A DNA stretch of 64,000 bases. Origin: Neodothiora populina. Lineage: Eukaryota. The stretch covers positions 868,001 to 932,000 of the forward strand of contig NW_027191417.1 in assembly GCF_041146345.1 (NCBI RefSeq), in the 5' to 3' direction. Below the pieces are notes generated by a model. That model did no database searches. It was not told the DNA's origin and worked only from the letters and a program-made list of their open reading frames with translations. This document shows, in pieces, positions 11,867-23,962 of the stretch. The stretch's first letter is position 1. The number at the start of each line of letters is the position of its first letter. The position numbers and the translations under genes were made by a program.

Positions 11867-12603
11867 TTACTGCTCGGTCTGGAAGTAGTTGAGGAGGACG
11901 GAGCGCTCCTGGCTCTCCTCACCCCAGTCCTTGACGACGACGCAAGAGCAGTTGACGACCTTGCGGGCGTTGCCTTCACGGTCAATCTGGCCTGTGGGAG
12001 ATGATTAGCAAAACATACCAGATTTGTGGAATTGCGGAAAAAGAAACGTACAGAGGCCGGCCCACTCGCCGAGCTGCTTTCCATCAGGGACCTTGATGAG
12101 GGGAATCTTGTGCTCGCCGCAAAGAGCGACGACAAGCTTCTTGTATGCCTCCTCCTCGCAAGCCTCGTTGAGGACACACATGTGGGCCTGACGGCGGTCG
12201 AGGGCCTTGGAGGCCTCGCGGAGACCGCGGGCAAGTCCGTCGTGGATCAGAGAGATCTTGAGGACACCCTTGAGGGCGTCGAGGACGGACATGCTTCCTC
12301 CTTGCTTGGAGTCATCGGCTCCGACTTCGACTTCTTCGGCGGCGGCGACCGGGGAGGTGGGCTCTTCTACATCCGACTGTGGTTCACGCAAGTTCAGTCA
12401 GTATTTGTGATTCTTATTTGCTTCGTGTTTCTTCTCTTGTCTCCTCCCGCGTTACTCTTGACGTGGACCACTGCGGAACGATACAATCGACCCGTAGCCC
12501 ATGCGCTTCTCCCTTAGTCCTCAAGGGCTCGATTGGCTCGTTTTGCGTAGGGCCACCGAATATTTGCGGGAGTGTTGAAACCGACTGGGATGGGACCTAC
12601 CAT
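11867..12603 (-). CDS. RPS12: 40S ribosomal protein S12 (eS12), 3 exons
   Basis: ATG-only exon 1 (12603-12601); introns 12377-12600 and 11992-12051. Protein: MSDVEE...[31 protein letters not shown]...[46 protein letters not shown]. Confidence 0.97.
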
Positions 12604-13246
12604 TTTGGGATAATCTGACTACGTTGTCGGCTGATCCTCGAAGAGTAGATGTTGTTAGGGGTGGTAGAGGTTGTATTTTGCCCGCTGGAAGAACTCGCTT
12701 CATCGAAAATCGGGAGTGTGTTGGCCCGTGCTCCTCGAAGTCTTGGCATGATCTGGCTTAAGTAATCCACTACCACGCCTAGTCGATAAGATAAGATGCA
12801 GATGGTAAATATCTACACTACCTACCTTACCTTTCTCTAGGTGATTGCTCGAGTCTCTATATGCATAGAGGAGAATTGCAAGTGCTTCGCATCATGGTAA
12901 GTTATACACCGGGAAACCGACCGCACGGATGTCGTCTTGAAAATTGCTGCGGTAAATGTGCACATATGATTGAATCGAAAACCGCCATGTGACTCTACGA
13001 AAGAGAGCTTCCTGTTCCTCCTGGCCTCCATGTGGGAAAATAATAACAATTAGAAATGATGACGCACGTCATGCGCTCTGAAGATTTGCTCGCTCGCTGT
13101 AACGCTAGGAAATGGTGCTTGTGATCGTAGAGGAATTTGCGGTTAGCAAAGACTGACAAAAGGAAAAGAAATAGAAACCTTTGAAACAATGGAAACAACA
13201 TATGCCACTTCCCACCCATATGAACAATTTTTGCGACACCCATCCC

Positions 13247-15028
13247 CTACATCATGATGCAGCAGCCGCAGCCCTTTTCCTTCTTGCCGTCCTCTTTCTC
13301 ATCCATGTCGGGCACTCTCTGCACTGACTGTGGGCGCGTGCTGCTTATTTGAGTCGTCACTCCCATTGGGCTGGGTTGACTCGGACTCGGCAGTGGCACA
13401 GTAGGTGTGATTTTGTATCCGCCGCTCGGCGTAGCCGGCTGAAGACTGCTGCGGTCGCTTTTTTTACTTGACAAGGGCCATGGAGATTGCGAGTCTTGGG
13501 AAGGTTCAGCCTGAGGCTCAGGCTCGGGCTCGGGCTCTCTTGGTGATTGGGGATCATCGGTGGACAACCCTTGCTCGGCGCTCGGAGAAGGCGTAGGAAA
13601 AGCTCCCATGCTCGCAAGATCGTGGTCATTGAGTAAATTGAAATCTTTATCATAAGCACTGCCTGTCTTGCCGTCCTTCTCCCACTGTTCCTGCATCATA
13701 CGCTTTGCATGCGTAGGCAGGAGTTGCTGATCCTGAGGTAGTCTCGGATCGGGTTTGTACATGGTTGCAATCCATGGAGCATCGCCTTCGGGGCGCTTGA
13801 CGCTGTTCATGGCCTTCGTCGCTGAGCTCGACGCAGGGCGAGAGCCTGGAGAAGTCTTCCGCGTTGCGGACGTGGTTCGTGATCTCGTTGTGTTGCGATT
13901 CGTCGTGCCTTTACGGCCATTGACTGATGATGCTGGTTGTTTTGCTGTAGCCGGAGCTTTGCCTTTGGATGAACTGTCTGAAGGGGTGTCTCTGCCAGCT
14001 ACGCTTGTACGGGGAGACGGCTGAAAATGGGAGCTTCGTGGCCTCGTCCGAGCCGTGGCAGAATTTCGTGGAGAACTAGCTTCATCCATCATTATCGAGC
14101 TGCCTAGACTCTGGCTTCTGGATCTGCGCTGCTGTTGCTGATACGGCGACTCCGCTGTATTTGATGGCCATGGGTTGCTTCCTTGTCTCGTGCGGGTCAA
14201 TGGTGAGTCCCGCGAAACCACCGAACTCGAGACCGGGGCTGGGCTGGCCTTGGCAATTGGTATACGCGATGTATTTGGCCTGTTCAAACTGGCATTGAGG
14301 CTTCTGTTGTACTGATGTTGCGGCTTGGCTTGGGAATATTCCTGCATGAGCATGGCCGGGTCATAATCCATGGTGTCATCGCTTTGGTATTGCTCGCGGT
14401 CTTGCCGGCCGGAGGCTGACTCGTCCCGGCGTGACTGTTCCTGGTGCGTAGAATACGAAGCCGGGTCACTGGGCAAGGCATCGTGTTGTGAATAGGCGTC
14501 CTGAGCGTGAACACGCTTGTTACTCGCACGACTAGCGGACCTGCTTGACGAGCGATTACCGGCTGTGCTTCCACGACGTCGGCCGGCCGGTGCCAGACTA
14601 ATGCCTGCCTGTGCCATTTCCCTGCTCTCGATCTGTGCAAGTTTGTCTCTGTGTATCCATGCGGAGTCATCCACATCATCAGTCTTCAGTCCAGCTCCTA
14701 CGGATCGCTTTCGTGGTGCTAAGGAATGTTTTGCGTTGGGCTGAGAAGACTTGGATTGCTGGGAGTCCTGAGCGAGCGTCTCCATGTTGTTGCCGCTCCT
14801 CTGAGTCCTGAATGATCGACTGCTATCGTATGGAGCGCTGTGATCATATCTCGTATCGTCCATTGTCGCGAGTGTATTGTCTGAGAATGCATAGGTGCCA
14901 TGGTCGAACACAGGCTGGTAGTTGTAGTTGAAGGAATTGTCGTCAGGGCCCGGTACAGCTTGGTCCCACTGGTTCGAGGTTGCGCTGCCATAGGGAATAG
15001 ATGGGTATGCCGCGGCGGTTGCAGCCAT
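13247..15028 (-). CDS. teaR: Cell-end marker anchor TeaR/Mod5-like prenylated protein
   Basis: 593-aa low-complexity ORF with islands WIHRDKLAQIE and GDAPWIATMYKPDPRLPQDQQLLPTHAKR. It ends in a CAAX box (GCGCCIMM). Confidence 0.8.
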   Translation of the reverse strand: MAATAAAYPSIPYGSATSNQWDQAVPGPDDNSFNYNYQPVFDHGTYAFSDNTLATMDDTRYDHSAPYDSSRSFRTQRSGNNMETLAQDSQQSKSSQPNAKHSLAPRKRSVGAGLKTDDVDDSAWIHRDKLAQIESREMAQAGISLAPAGRRRGSTAGNRSSSRSASRASNKRVHAQDAYSQHDALPSDPASYSTHQEQSRRDESASGRQDREQYQSDDTMDYDPAMLMQEYSQAKPQHQYNRSLNASLNRPNTSRIPIAKASPAPVSSSVVSRDSPLTRTRQGSNPWPSNTAESPYQQQQRRSRSQSLGSSIMMDEASSPRNSATARTRPRSSHFQPSPRTSVAGRDTPSDSSSKGKAPATAKQPASSVNGRKGTTNRNTTRSRTTSATRKTSPGSRPASSSATKAMNSVKRPEGDAPWIATMYKPDPRLPQDQQLLPTHAKRMMQEQWEKDGKTGSAYDKDFNLLNDHDLASMGAFPTPSPSAEQGLSTDDPQSPREPEPEPEPQAEPSQDSQSPWPLSSKKSDRSSLQPATPSGGYKITPTVPLPSPSQPSPMGVTTQISSTRPQSVQRVPDMDEKEDGKKEKGCGCCIMM

Positions 15029-16090
15029 AGTGAGGGGTCAGAGTGGGTCTGGTTGATATGCGGCGGCACGGCTGCCTTGCTGCCTTGCTGCCTTGTCTAG
15101 AGCGGGAAAGGGGATGCAGAAAAGTCCTTGTAAGAGATGTTGATGTCCTCAAATCCACCTGACGAGCCCAAGCATAGCAAATAAAGCCCGTTTCGCGCCT
15201 ACACTCGCACTCGGATTTACACTCACTTTCACGCCTTGCCCTATCGGTGAGGCTTGTTTGCAGTGAAGGAGGCTAGAATCGCATCGAGATCACCGTTGCG
15301 TGTGAATCTTGACAAGGTAAACAACGTGGGGCCTAAAGATCGCGAAGTCGAAGGAAGGGATCCGTCAGATGGAGTCCCGGTGGTGGCGGGAAGAGGCAAT
15401 AATATGGATGGGCGAAGGGCAGGCAGGCACGGCACACCGTAAATGGAAGTCGAAGAATAATCGGAAAGATTCAGCAGGTGCTGGTTTGTCGAATCGGCGT
15501 CATGAGAGAATGGGATACTTGGAGATAGTGCACGACAACAAAGGGGAATACGTGTAAAGGCTCAGCACCGATTTCCCTTGGGCACTCACTCGTGAGTTCG
15601 TGCTCGGTGACAGCCTGCGTACAAGCATAGGGTAGGGTACTAGTACGGTAAAGTGCTAAAGAAGCAGTGCAGAATAATACAAAGTACAATGCAGCACTGG
15701 CTGTACCGTGATCTTGAAATGTCCTTGTCCCCCCGTAGATATTGGTCCGTGCAATGTTCGATGCTCATGCGCTGCTGCAACGGCGGCCTTCACCGGTCCA
15801 TTGCCAGCCTTCACGCCTCCGCGTCCTACTCCCGATCCCTTCTAGTCTTTTTTGCTTCCCGTCCTCGCTTGGAATTAGACTTGACCTACAAGCAATAACC
15901 TTCTTTTCCCAGCCGCAGACAGAGGCTGCGACGTGAAATCACATCGAGTCATAATTCTCTTCGCTCGTGGCGAGGGATTACGGTATCTATTTTCCCAGAG
16001 TCTGTGCGCCTCACCCTGGAATATCGGTGTATCTTGACACCTCCACAAGCCGCAATCTTATTGCACGAGTTCACGTGCTCCCCTACGAAC

Positions 16091-16663
16091 ATGGATCTAA
16101 TCAGTACAAGCAATCTATCCGAACACCCGAGACATCATCCAGACTGCTGCTTAGCCATCTCGCGGTCGTTGCTTGAGTATCTGATCGCGATCGTGCCCCC
16201 GTCACCGTCTCTTGTTCTTTCTATTGGCTGTGAGTTTCGAATAACAACCTTCCAAAGTCCTTGAGGTCAATGTTGACTTGAGGAAGGCGGGACTGGCTAC
16301 TTGGAAGCTTGTCTTTTGCAGCTGGTAGGTCATGACCATTTGAATCTCCTAGGTTTAGACGTCTCTGCGAGCGTGAACAGATACTTGCCTGAAGAGAACT
16401 ACCACTATGTCCATGGCACATGGGACCTATATACTGCACCTGCGGAGGTCCTCATATTCGTCTATCCAAGGGAACCCGCACTGGTAGCTCGGTACCTCCA
16501 TTACCACGCTCAAACAAGCTGTAAGAAGATCATCTGGATGGGACCAAGCCGTGACTGGTCAGATTATGAAGCTGTATTCTCAGCTTCAGATTTCGGCTCG
16601 ATTGATATTCCTCGCGATTGTGGCGTAGCTACATATGAGATGTTAGCCGTGGCAACAAGATGA
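16091..16663 (+). CDS. Small hypothetical protein with a methyltransferase-like glycine motif, 2 exons
   Basis: Intron 16230-16286 (GTGAGT..TTGAC..AAG) joins two ORFs to give VLSIGCGTGYLEACL, a SAM-binding motif-I-like sequence. Later motifs are LIFVYPRE and IIWMGPSRDW. Confidence 0.75.
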
Positions 16664-16989
16664 ATGCTCTGAACTGATGAGTAACGATTGCAATTGCGCT
16701 CTGCATGTGATTGAACATGGTCACATTGCATACGACATGAGCCTTTTGCTGAGCGTGCTGGATGCAAACATTACTTCAATATGTGCTGGCAAGTCAATAA
16801 GGGAGAGATTTTGCATCCGTAGAGATGCAGTTCCCTTGATCACACGCCTCTGAAAAAGGTCATTGTGGTTTCTCGCCTCCAGATCATCTTCTTTCCAGTG
16901 CTTCACCCATGACTTATATCACCAAAGCTAACCCTCTGCATCCTGTCGAGTGCGGATGCTAGGTTGCATATGCGAGATATTGTATTGGA

Positions 16990-18696
16990 ATGGTATACAG
17001 GTCGATACTCGCCATGGTTTTGCATCCTCTTGAGACTCTTCAGAACGATTCGGCCTGTGCTGGGGGACATCCGTCTCGCGATGATGGACACTCTCGCTTG
17101 TCTGATCGCTCTCTGCAATACCAATATGTATGGGAACACGCCTGTCTCCTCTTCGAAAGCTACGACTGGGTATCCGCGCTACACAACTTTACACTGCTCG
17201 AACCATGGACCTCGCACCCGCATGTCAGAGCGACTCTGCTGATCAATATCGCTATTCTGCGTTGCCACCTCGGAGAGTACGCCGAAGCTCGAAAGCTGCT
17301 GAGTCAAGCTGTTGCTTACTGGGACAACTTCCCTTTCACCATTTTCTTTCTGGGAATTGCAGAGTATGAGCTCGGTTACTATCTGTCAGCACAGTCTGCC
17401 TTTCACATTGCCGGTGCGATGCTGGAGAAAGCAGGCTTACAAACTTTGGACTACCGGCCGCTTGGGTATCATTTCATTCTGACGTCCAGCAACATCAGAG
17501 ATAACGAGTTGAGTTCTGCGTATGCAAGCACTCTGGAAGGGAAACATGGAAGATTCTACCCAGTGCTGAACAAGACTCCCGCCGGATTGCTTTTCGACCA
17601 CACTATTGCGGCTTCTAATCGATGCGAGCGTCTTACCAGCCTGCTTGAGATGGTGCTTGGCAGTCCGCGCTCGAGGCTGTCCTCATCTGGCGAGGTAGTC
17701 TCGCAGAATATGCAGCAATCCCCGACAAGTCCTACGCTAGTGGCCACACAGCATTACACTCGAGTCAAGACACTTGTCGAAGGAGAGGGTATATCTCCAG
17801 AAGATCCCGGTAGACTACAGTCTGGAGCAATGGCGACGTCATATTCTACACCAGCCGACAAGCTATCGGTAAGGGCGCGTCGAGGTATGCGTCAGAGTAT
17901 GAAGCTCTCGTCTGCCGGTGTATGTCCTGAGGTGGCGAGCAGAGTGCATGCGGCGTCTGTAAGAGAGGAGAAGCAGATTGATAAAACGAATTCGACAAAG
18001 AATGACAGCACTCGTCGAGTACTCACTCCACGAGATGCGCGTATCGATCATGCACCGCTCCACGAAATGGCCTCATTCCTCCGCTACACTGGTCCAGAAT
18101 TCACGCAGATGTCCGGAACGCAGCAGCGTGCTTGTACATATAAGCTCCCAAAGCTCCAGCCACGGGATGCAAAGGCAAGGCCGATGGATCTACATGACTT
18201 GGTGGAATTTATGAAGAACGGCCCGGAGCGCTTTGCTAAGGATGCTTCTGCCACGCATGATATATACATGAGCTGTGACATTGTTGAGGCAGATATTGTG
18301 GGCAATGACATCAAACATGCACTAGAAGAACCAAAGGCTGAGTCTCTTCTCGAAACTCGCAGCTCAAGCATATACTCTCGGCCCTTTGATGTATGCAATG
18401 GATTATCAAGCAGGTGGTCTGCAGAGTCTATACAGTGTTGCGAAGACGACAATATAGGATTTAAAGCCAATATCCACCGCATCGGCGCTCAGCACGAGGC
18501 AAATCACGATACATCGACAAGGCAAAGCAGCGAATATATTGATGAGCGGGGATCATCTCTTTCAAAAGGCTTCGCAGATGTCTCAGCGATGCTTGGATCA
18601 TCAGTCGGCACGACGGTGTCTTTTCTACATGGCATCTCGAAGGCGCGGCGGCGTCGTGTCGGGCCATCATCTCGCACTGGAGCGGATAGTGGTTAA
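16990..18696 (+). CDS. Divergent NoxR/p67phox-like TPR protein with long disordered C-terminus
   Basis: TPR-like helices (ATLLINIAILRCHLGEYAEA; FFLGIAEYELGYYLSAQSAF) followed by LDYRPLGYHFIL and PAGLLF, echoing the p67phox/NoxR IDYxQLGLxFKL and IPxGxxYRP motifs. Start codon uncertain. Confidence 0.65.
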   Translation: MVYRSILAMVLHPLETLQNDSACAGGHPSRDDGHSRLSDRSLQYQYVWEHACLLFESYDWVSALHNFTLLEPWTSHPHVRATLLINIAILRCHLGEYAEARKLLSQAVAYWDNFPFTIFFLGIAEYELGYYLSAQSAFHIAGAMLEKAGLQTLDYRPLGYHFILTSSNIRDNELSSAYASTLEGKHGRFYPVLNKTPAGLLFDHTIAASNRCERLTSLLEMVLGSPRSRLSSSGEVVSQNMQQSPTSPTLVATQHYTRVKTLVEGEGISPEDPGRLQSGAMATSYSTPADKLSVRARRGMRQSMKLSSAGVCPEVASRVHAASVREEKQIDKTNSTKNDSTRRVLTPRDARIDHAPLHEMASFLRYTGPEFTQMSGTQQRACTYKLPKLQPRDAKARPMDLHDLVEFMKNGPERFAKDASATHDIYMSCDIVEADIVGNDIKHALEEPKAESLLETRSSSIYSRPFDVCNGLSSRWSAESIQCCEDDNIGFKANIHRIGAQHEANHDTSTRQSSEYIDERGSSLSKGFADVSAMLGSSVGTTVSFLHGISKARRRRVGPSSRTGADSG

Positions 18697-19992
18697 TCAA
18701 ATGTCTCTACTAGATGTCTCTACTAGGGGCGCAGCAGCAGCACCCGCTTCATCCCAGAGATGCTTCAATGCCTGTGTATGCAATGTGATTTTCTAGACGG
18801 CCGGCGGGAGTGTCAATCAATGGATTTTCTGGTCATGTTAAAGTCATGTACGAAGTCAACTTCGGGGTCTGCAACACATTCTCGGAGATTGGCAATGGGC
18901 TGCTTTAGCAGGGCAACCCTGTCCACGTTAACCAACCATGCATGCATGTGTCGTGAAATTGCCAGTAGAACAATCAACTACCAGAACCACAGGGTTTATA
19001 TGTGTATATACTGGTAGATAAAAGAAAACTCGGTATCCAGCACTGCGTGTCACTCATTCCATACTCGTATCAATGTTGAAAACCACAAGAATGTTGCAGA
19101 GAGAAAAGTACCTTACCTTAGCAAAGCCTGTCAAGAGAAACAACATGCAATCACGGTACGAAAGGCAGGTACACACCTCCCTAGCCACATGGGGTAACCC
19201 ACCATAGAGCAGATCAGGGACCCCGTACAGTACAACTACGCGCATGCATTATTGCCACCATGATCGTTATTCTCACGTTTCAAACATCAACAGCTTCATC
19301 TACTGTACTGCAGCAGCAGAGGACATTCCTTGAGAACCACAACCGTACAGTATCTATTCAAATGGAAAGTATAGACGACGCCGTTTCTTACAAAGGGTGA
19401 GAGACTTTTGCGTCCTTGCATCACCGCCGATAAACAATCTAACGTGAAAATGGGTTAAACTCAACCTCTAAACCTTAGTGTCCCCGATGGAAAAAAAGGG
19501 TCCGCACTAATCGCGCAGGCAGAGAGACCCGTACTCACACCATCGCCATCACTCCCTTTTGCTTACTCCGGCAGGAAAAAGCGAAACTTTACTGGTTGGG
19601 TGAGGCGGTTTGCGCTTTTTGTGCGGTGCCGGTTCGAACGACCCTACATTTCTTATCTTGTGACGACGGGAACTGCGAAACCGAACCGAACCTTCCGTGT
19701 GTACAGTACCGCTGAGCATATGATGTGCATTTAAGGTGGATAAACATGGTGTGTGATACCAGAGGTGAATGGTACGGTGTTTAGGTACAGTATCTAATCG
19801 TGGTTGTTTAGCTCGTATATGGACAAGTATATATGTCTCTCTCCCTTTTCACATTTTTCGATGTTTAGTTATTGATTGGGTGGTATACTATTTCACCATT
19901 TCTTATATATAAACACAAGAGCATCATCCAACCAAAGAGGCGAAAAGCCAGCAATTCGTCCCTCTAAACCCCCTGCCTGCCTTGTCTCAAAG

Positions 19993-20303
19993 ATGGCTCA
20001 CACCCTCCCCAACCCCAGCAGCACAACCCCGAAAAGCACGACGTTCTTCATCCCAAACCTGCACTGCCCGAGCTGTGTGACCAACATCGAAGCCTCGCTG
20101 AGCCAGCTGCACCCGGCCCCGATCAGTGTCTCGCACTCCATCATTAACCACTCGATCACTGTTCTGCACGACACGAGGCTCTGCGTCGGCGCGATATCTC
20201 GCGCGCTCGAACAGGTTGGTTTCGAGGTGTATGATGATGATGATGGATTCTCTGGTGAGGATGAGTCGTCGGTGCGTTGGCAGGGTGATTTGGAGCAATC
20301 ACA

Positions 20304-20351
<48 letters not shown>

Positions 20352-23300
20352 CTGGGGTCTCGAGCGCGCGGTGCAGCGCTGGAGACAGACGGGTCGTGAC
20401 AAGAAAATCGGCAAGACGGCGGCGAATGAAGTCGAGGAGAGCAGGAAGCGGAAACGTCATGTGGAACGGTGTGCGCACTGTCAGGCGGAGCAGCGTGTTC
20501 TCGAGCAGAAACAAAGGCAGAAGCAGAAAGAATCGATGGCAAAGGACGACGACGATGATGATGATGACGAGAAGAGCAATTCTTGCAGCTTGTATGATTC
20601 AGCTATCACGCTGGACAAGAGCTCGTTGCGCGTGACGACGACGACAGAAGCAGCAACATGCGAGAAAGCAAGCGAGAGCCCCGACGTATCTAAATCGCTC
20701 TCGTCGCAAGCCGAACGACAACAACAACAACAACAACAACAACTCCCAATAGTAGTCATCAGCCACGAAGCCCAGCCCCCAAACCTCTACCAGGCTTCGC
20801 TCGCCATAACAGGCATGACGTGCAGCGCATGCGTCGGCAATGTCTCGTCCGTCATTTCCAAACTCGCGAGCGTGCGGGATGTCAATGTCAACTTGCTGAG
20901 CAACAGCGCGACTGTGACGTTCTCGTCAAGCGACGAAACAAAAGACAGCAAGGCGGATGAGATTGTCGAGGCGGTCGAGGACGCCGGGTACGATGCCTCG
21001 CTTGAGAGTATGAATGAGTTGAGACGGCAGGGAGCAGGGAAAAAGGTCAGAGCGGGGACGTCGTGGAGAGCGAATTATGCCATCGGTGGCATGACTTGCA
21101 GTGCGTGCGTCAGTGCTATCACTAATGCACTGAACAAATGCTCGTGGATCGATGCCGCCGAAGTCAATTTGATCTCAAACAGTGCAAGTGTGACATTCAG
21201 TGACAAGGATCGGGCGGCCGAGGTCACTGAGCTGATTGAAGATATTGGCTATGATGCGAGTTTGGAGAGTATCGAGGAGGTCACGTTGACCTCGCAATCA
21301 CCAACAGCGCCTGAGACGGAGAGAAAAGTCGCACTTCGTGTAGACGGCATGTACTGTCACCACTGTCCTGAGCGGATCATCAAGGCTCTTTCTGAAAACT
21401 ACGGCGAGGATGTGAATGTTATGCAGCAATCATTCTCCGAGAAGCAGCCTCTGCTCAGGCTCTCATACAAGCCTCGCGTACCCCAGCTCACACTCAGGAA
21501 GATCATGAAAACCGTCCGAGAGGTCGACACAGCGATAGAAACATCGGTCTCCCACCAACCAACCATCGAAGAACGATCGCAACAAATCCACAAGAACGAG
21601 AGATTCAGACTCTTGATACGCCTCACGTTGTCTGTTGTCGTAGCCATACCGACATTCATCATCGGTATAGTCTACATGAGCCTCGTCAATGCGCAAAACA
21701 AAGGCCGTCGTTTCCTGATGCAATCAATGTGGGCAGGTATAGTCTCGCGTGCAGACTGGTCTCTCTTTGTCATGTCGACAGTCGTCTACTTTTTCGCAGC
21801 AGACATTTTCCATATCCGCACCATTCGGGGTATTCGTGCCATGTGGCGCAAGGGAAGCCCGATACCGCTCGCGCAGAGGTTCTATCGCTTTGGAAGCATG
21901 AACATGTTGATCACCATCGGCACATCGATAGCGTACTTTGCGTCGATTGCCGCTCTGGGCATCAATGCCACAACAAAACAGGACCATTCGATGCACGGCG
22001 GCGGCTCGACTACCTCCTACTATTTTGACTCTGTAGTGTTTCTCACAATGTTCTTGCTGATGGGCAGGTTTCTCGAGGCCTACAGCAAGGCGCAAACAGG
22101 AGATGCCGTGGCTTCTCTGGGATCACTCAGACCAAGCGAAGCACTGCTGGTATCTGATGAAGCTCGCACCGGCGGTGTGACAAACAACGACGATGGTGAC
22201 AAGCAGGAACGAAAGATATCTGTTGACCTCCTCGAGGTTGACGATCTGATCCGTGTGCCTCACGGGGCCTCTCCCGCCTTCGATGGAGTCATCGAGCAAG
22301 GAGAGACAAAATTCGACGAGTCCAGCCTGACGGGGGAAGCGCGTCTTGTCGGTAAAGGAGTTGGAGACACTGTCTTTTCCGGCACCATTAACAAAGGCAA
22401 TCATCCGATTGTAGTGCGGCTGACGAGTCTTTCTGGCACATCGATGCTGGATCAAATCATCAATGCGGTGCGCGAGGGACAGACGAAACGGGCGCCGGTG
22501 GAGCGAGTCGCCGATGTCATCACGAGCCATTTCGTGCCGTTTGTCGTGCTGGTTGGTATTCTGACCTGGATTGTCTGGCTGGCACTGGCGTTTGGTGGAG
22601 CACTGCCGGATGACTACCTCGATGCGTCGACGGGGGGATGGGCGTTCTGGTCGCTCCAGTTTTCAATTGCCGTGTTTGTCGTTGCTTGTCCTTGCGGCAT
22701 AGGTCTGGCTGGTCCGACCGCTCTTTTTGTTGGTGGTGGCATTGCCGCTAAACATGGCATCCTCGTGAAGGGGGGCGGAAAGGCATTCCAAGAGGCTAGC
22801 ATGCTAGATTGCATAGTCTTCGACAAGACGGGTACAATCACAGAGGGAGGCTCACCTACAGTCAACAAGCATGCGTTTCACAAAGGTCATGAGTCGAAGA
22901 TGAGTCTACAGGTTGCACGCGCGCTCGAGGAGAACAGCAGTCACCCAATCGCGGCGTCAGTGGTGGCGTTCTGCAAGTCACATGACGCCGAGAGCCTAGA
23001 CACAAACAGAGTGGAGGAGGTGGCTGGGAAAGGAATCACTGGACAAGTGAAGCTTGATTCAGGAGAAATCGTCGTGGCTATCATAGGCAACGAAAGCCTC
23101 ATGGCAGAGCACTCTGTCGTGGTGGACGCTGCAGCAAAAGACACCATGGATACATGGAAGAGACAAGGCATGTCCGTTGCTTTGCTTGCTATCGGAACTT
23201 CGAGGCAGAGCTTGACCCTAGCAGCCACATTTGCCATTTCAGACCGCATTCGGACGGAGGCAAGCGAGGTGATGCATGAGTTACAGCGCAAGGGCTTGTC

Positions 23301-23898
23301 GATCTGGATGCTCTCGGGCGACAACGAGACCACAGCGGTGGCAGTAGGTAAAGCGGTGGGTATTCCGGCCAGCAACATCATTGCCGGCGTGCTTCCAGAA
23401 CAAAAGGCAGAGAAGATCAAGTACCTCCAGCGCACGGTGGCTACGATTCACGCGAACAAGAAGTGGTTCTCTCGTGGACCGGAAAAGTCACGAGCGACGG
23501 TGGCCATGGTCGGAGATGGCATCAATGATGCTCCGGCACTGAGCACGGCAGACGTGGGGATAGCCATCGGCTCAGGCTCCGACGTGGCGCTTTCGGCAGC
23601 ATCTTTTGTGCTGGTGCGGTCGGATCTGAAGACGCTGGTGACGCTGATCGGTCTGTCGCGCGCCGTGTTTCGACGGGTGTGGGTCAACTTTGGATGGGCG
23701 TTGGTGTACAACATGATGGCATTGCCGATTGCAGCAGGATGTCTGTATGCAGTCAGGAGCAAAGGGTCGCACGTTCGCCTGGATCCGGTGTGGGCCAGCC
23801 TCGCGATGGCGCTGAGCAGTGTCAGTGTGGTGACGAGCAGTCTCATGCTCAGAACCAGGATCCCTTGGGTGGGATTCAATGACCGCTCTGGCCGGTGA
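19993..23898 (+). CDS. crpA: Cu(I)-transporting P1B-type ATPase, probably CrpA-like copper exporter
   Basis: Four HMA-type motifs (LHCPSC, GMTCSAC twice, GMYCHHC), plus TGE, CPC, DKTGT, HP, GDGINDAP, YN and MALSS. Intronless; the first ATG of the ORF is at 19993. The crpA versus CCC2 orthology is inferred from the architecture. Confidence 0.93.
20302..20349 (+). repeat. (CAG)n tract encoding Q16 in the Cu-ATPase N-terminus
   Basis: Read directly from the sequence. A (CAA)8 tract follows at 20719-20742 and a GAY poly-Asp tract at about 20545-20568. Confidence 0.95.
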
Positions 23899-23962
23899 AG
23901 GAAGAGTGCCGTCATATGTAGCATAGTCTTGTAGCATAGTGCATCAGAGAAAAGCTAGTGGT

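Noticed and set aside
19590..19650. GGTTCGA (tRNA T-loop-like) at about 19631
   Set aside because: I could not build an acceptor stem, D arm or cloverleaf around it.
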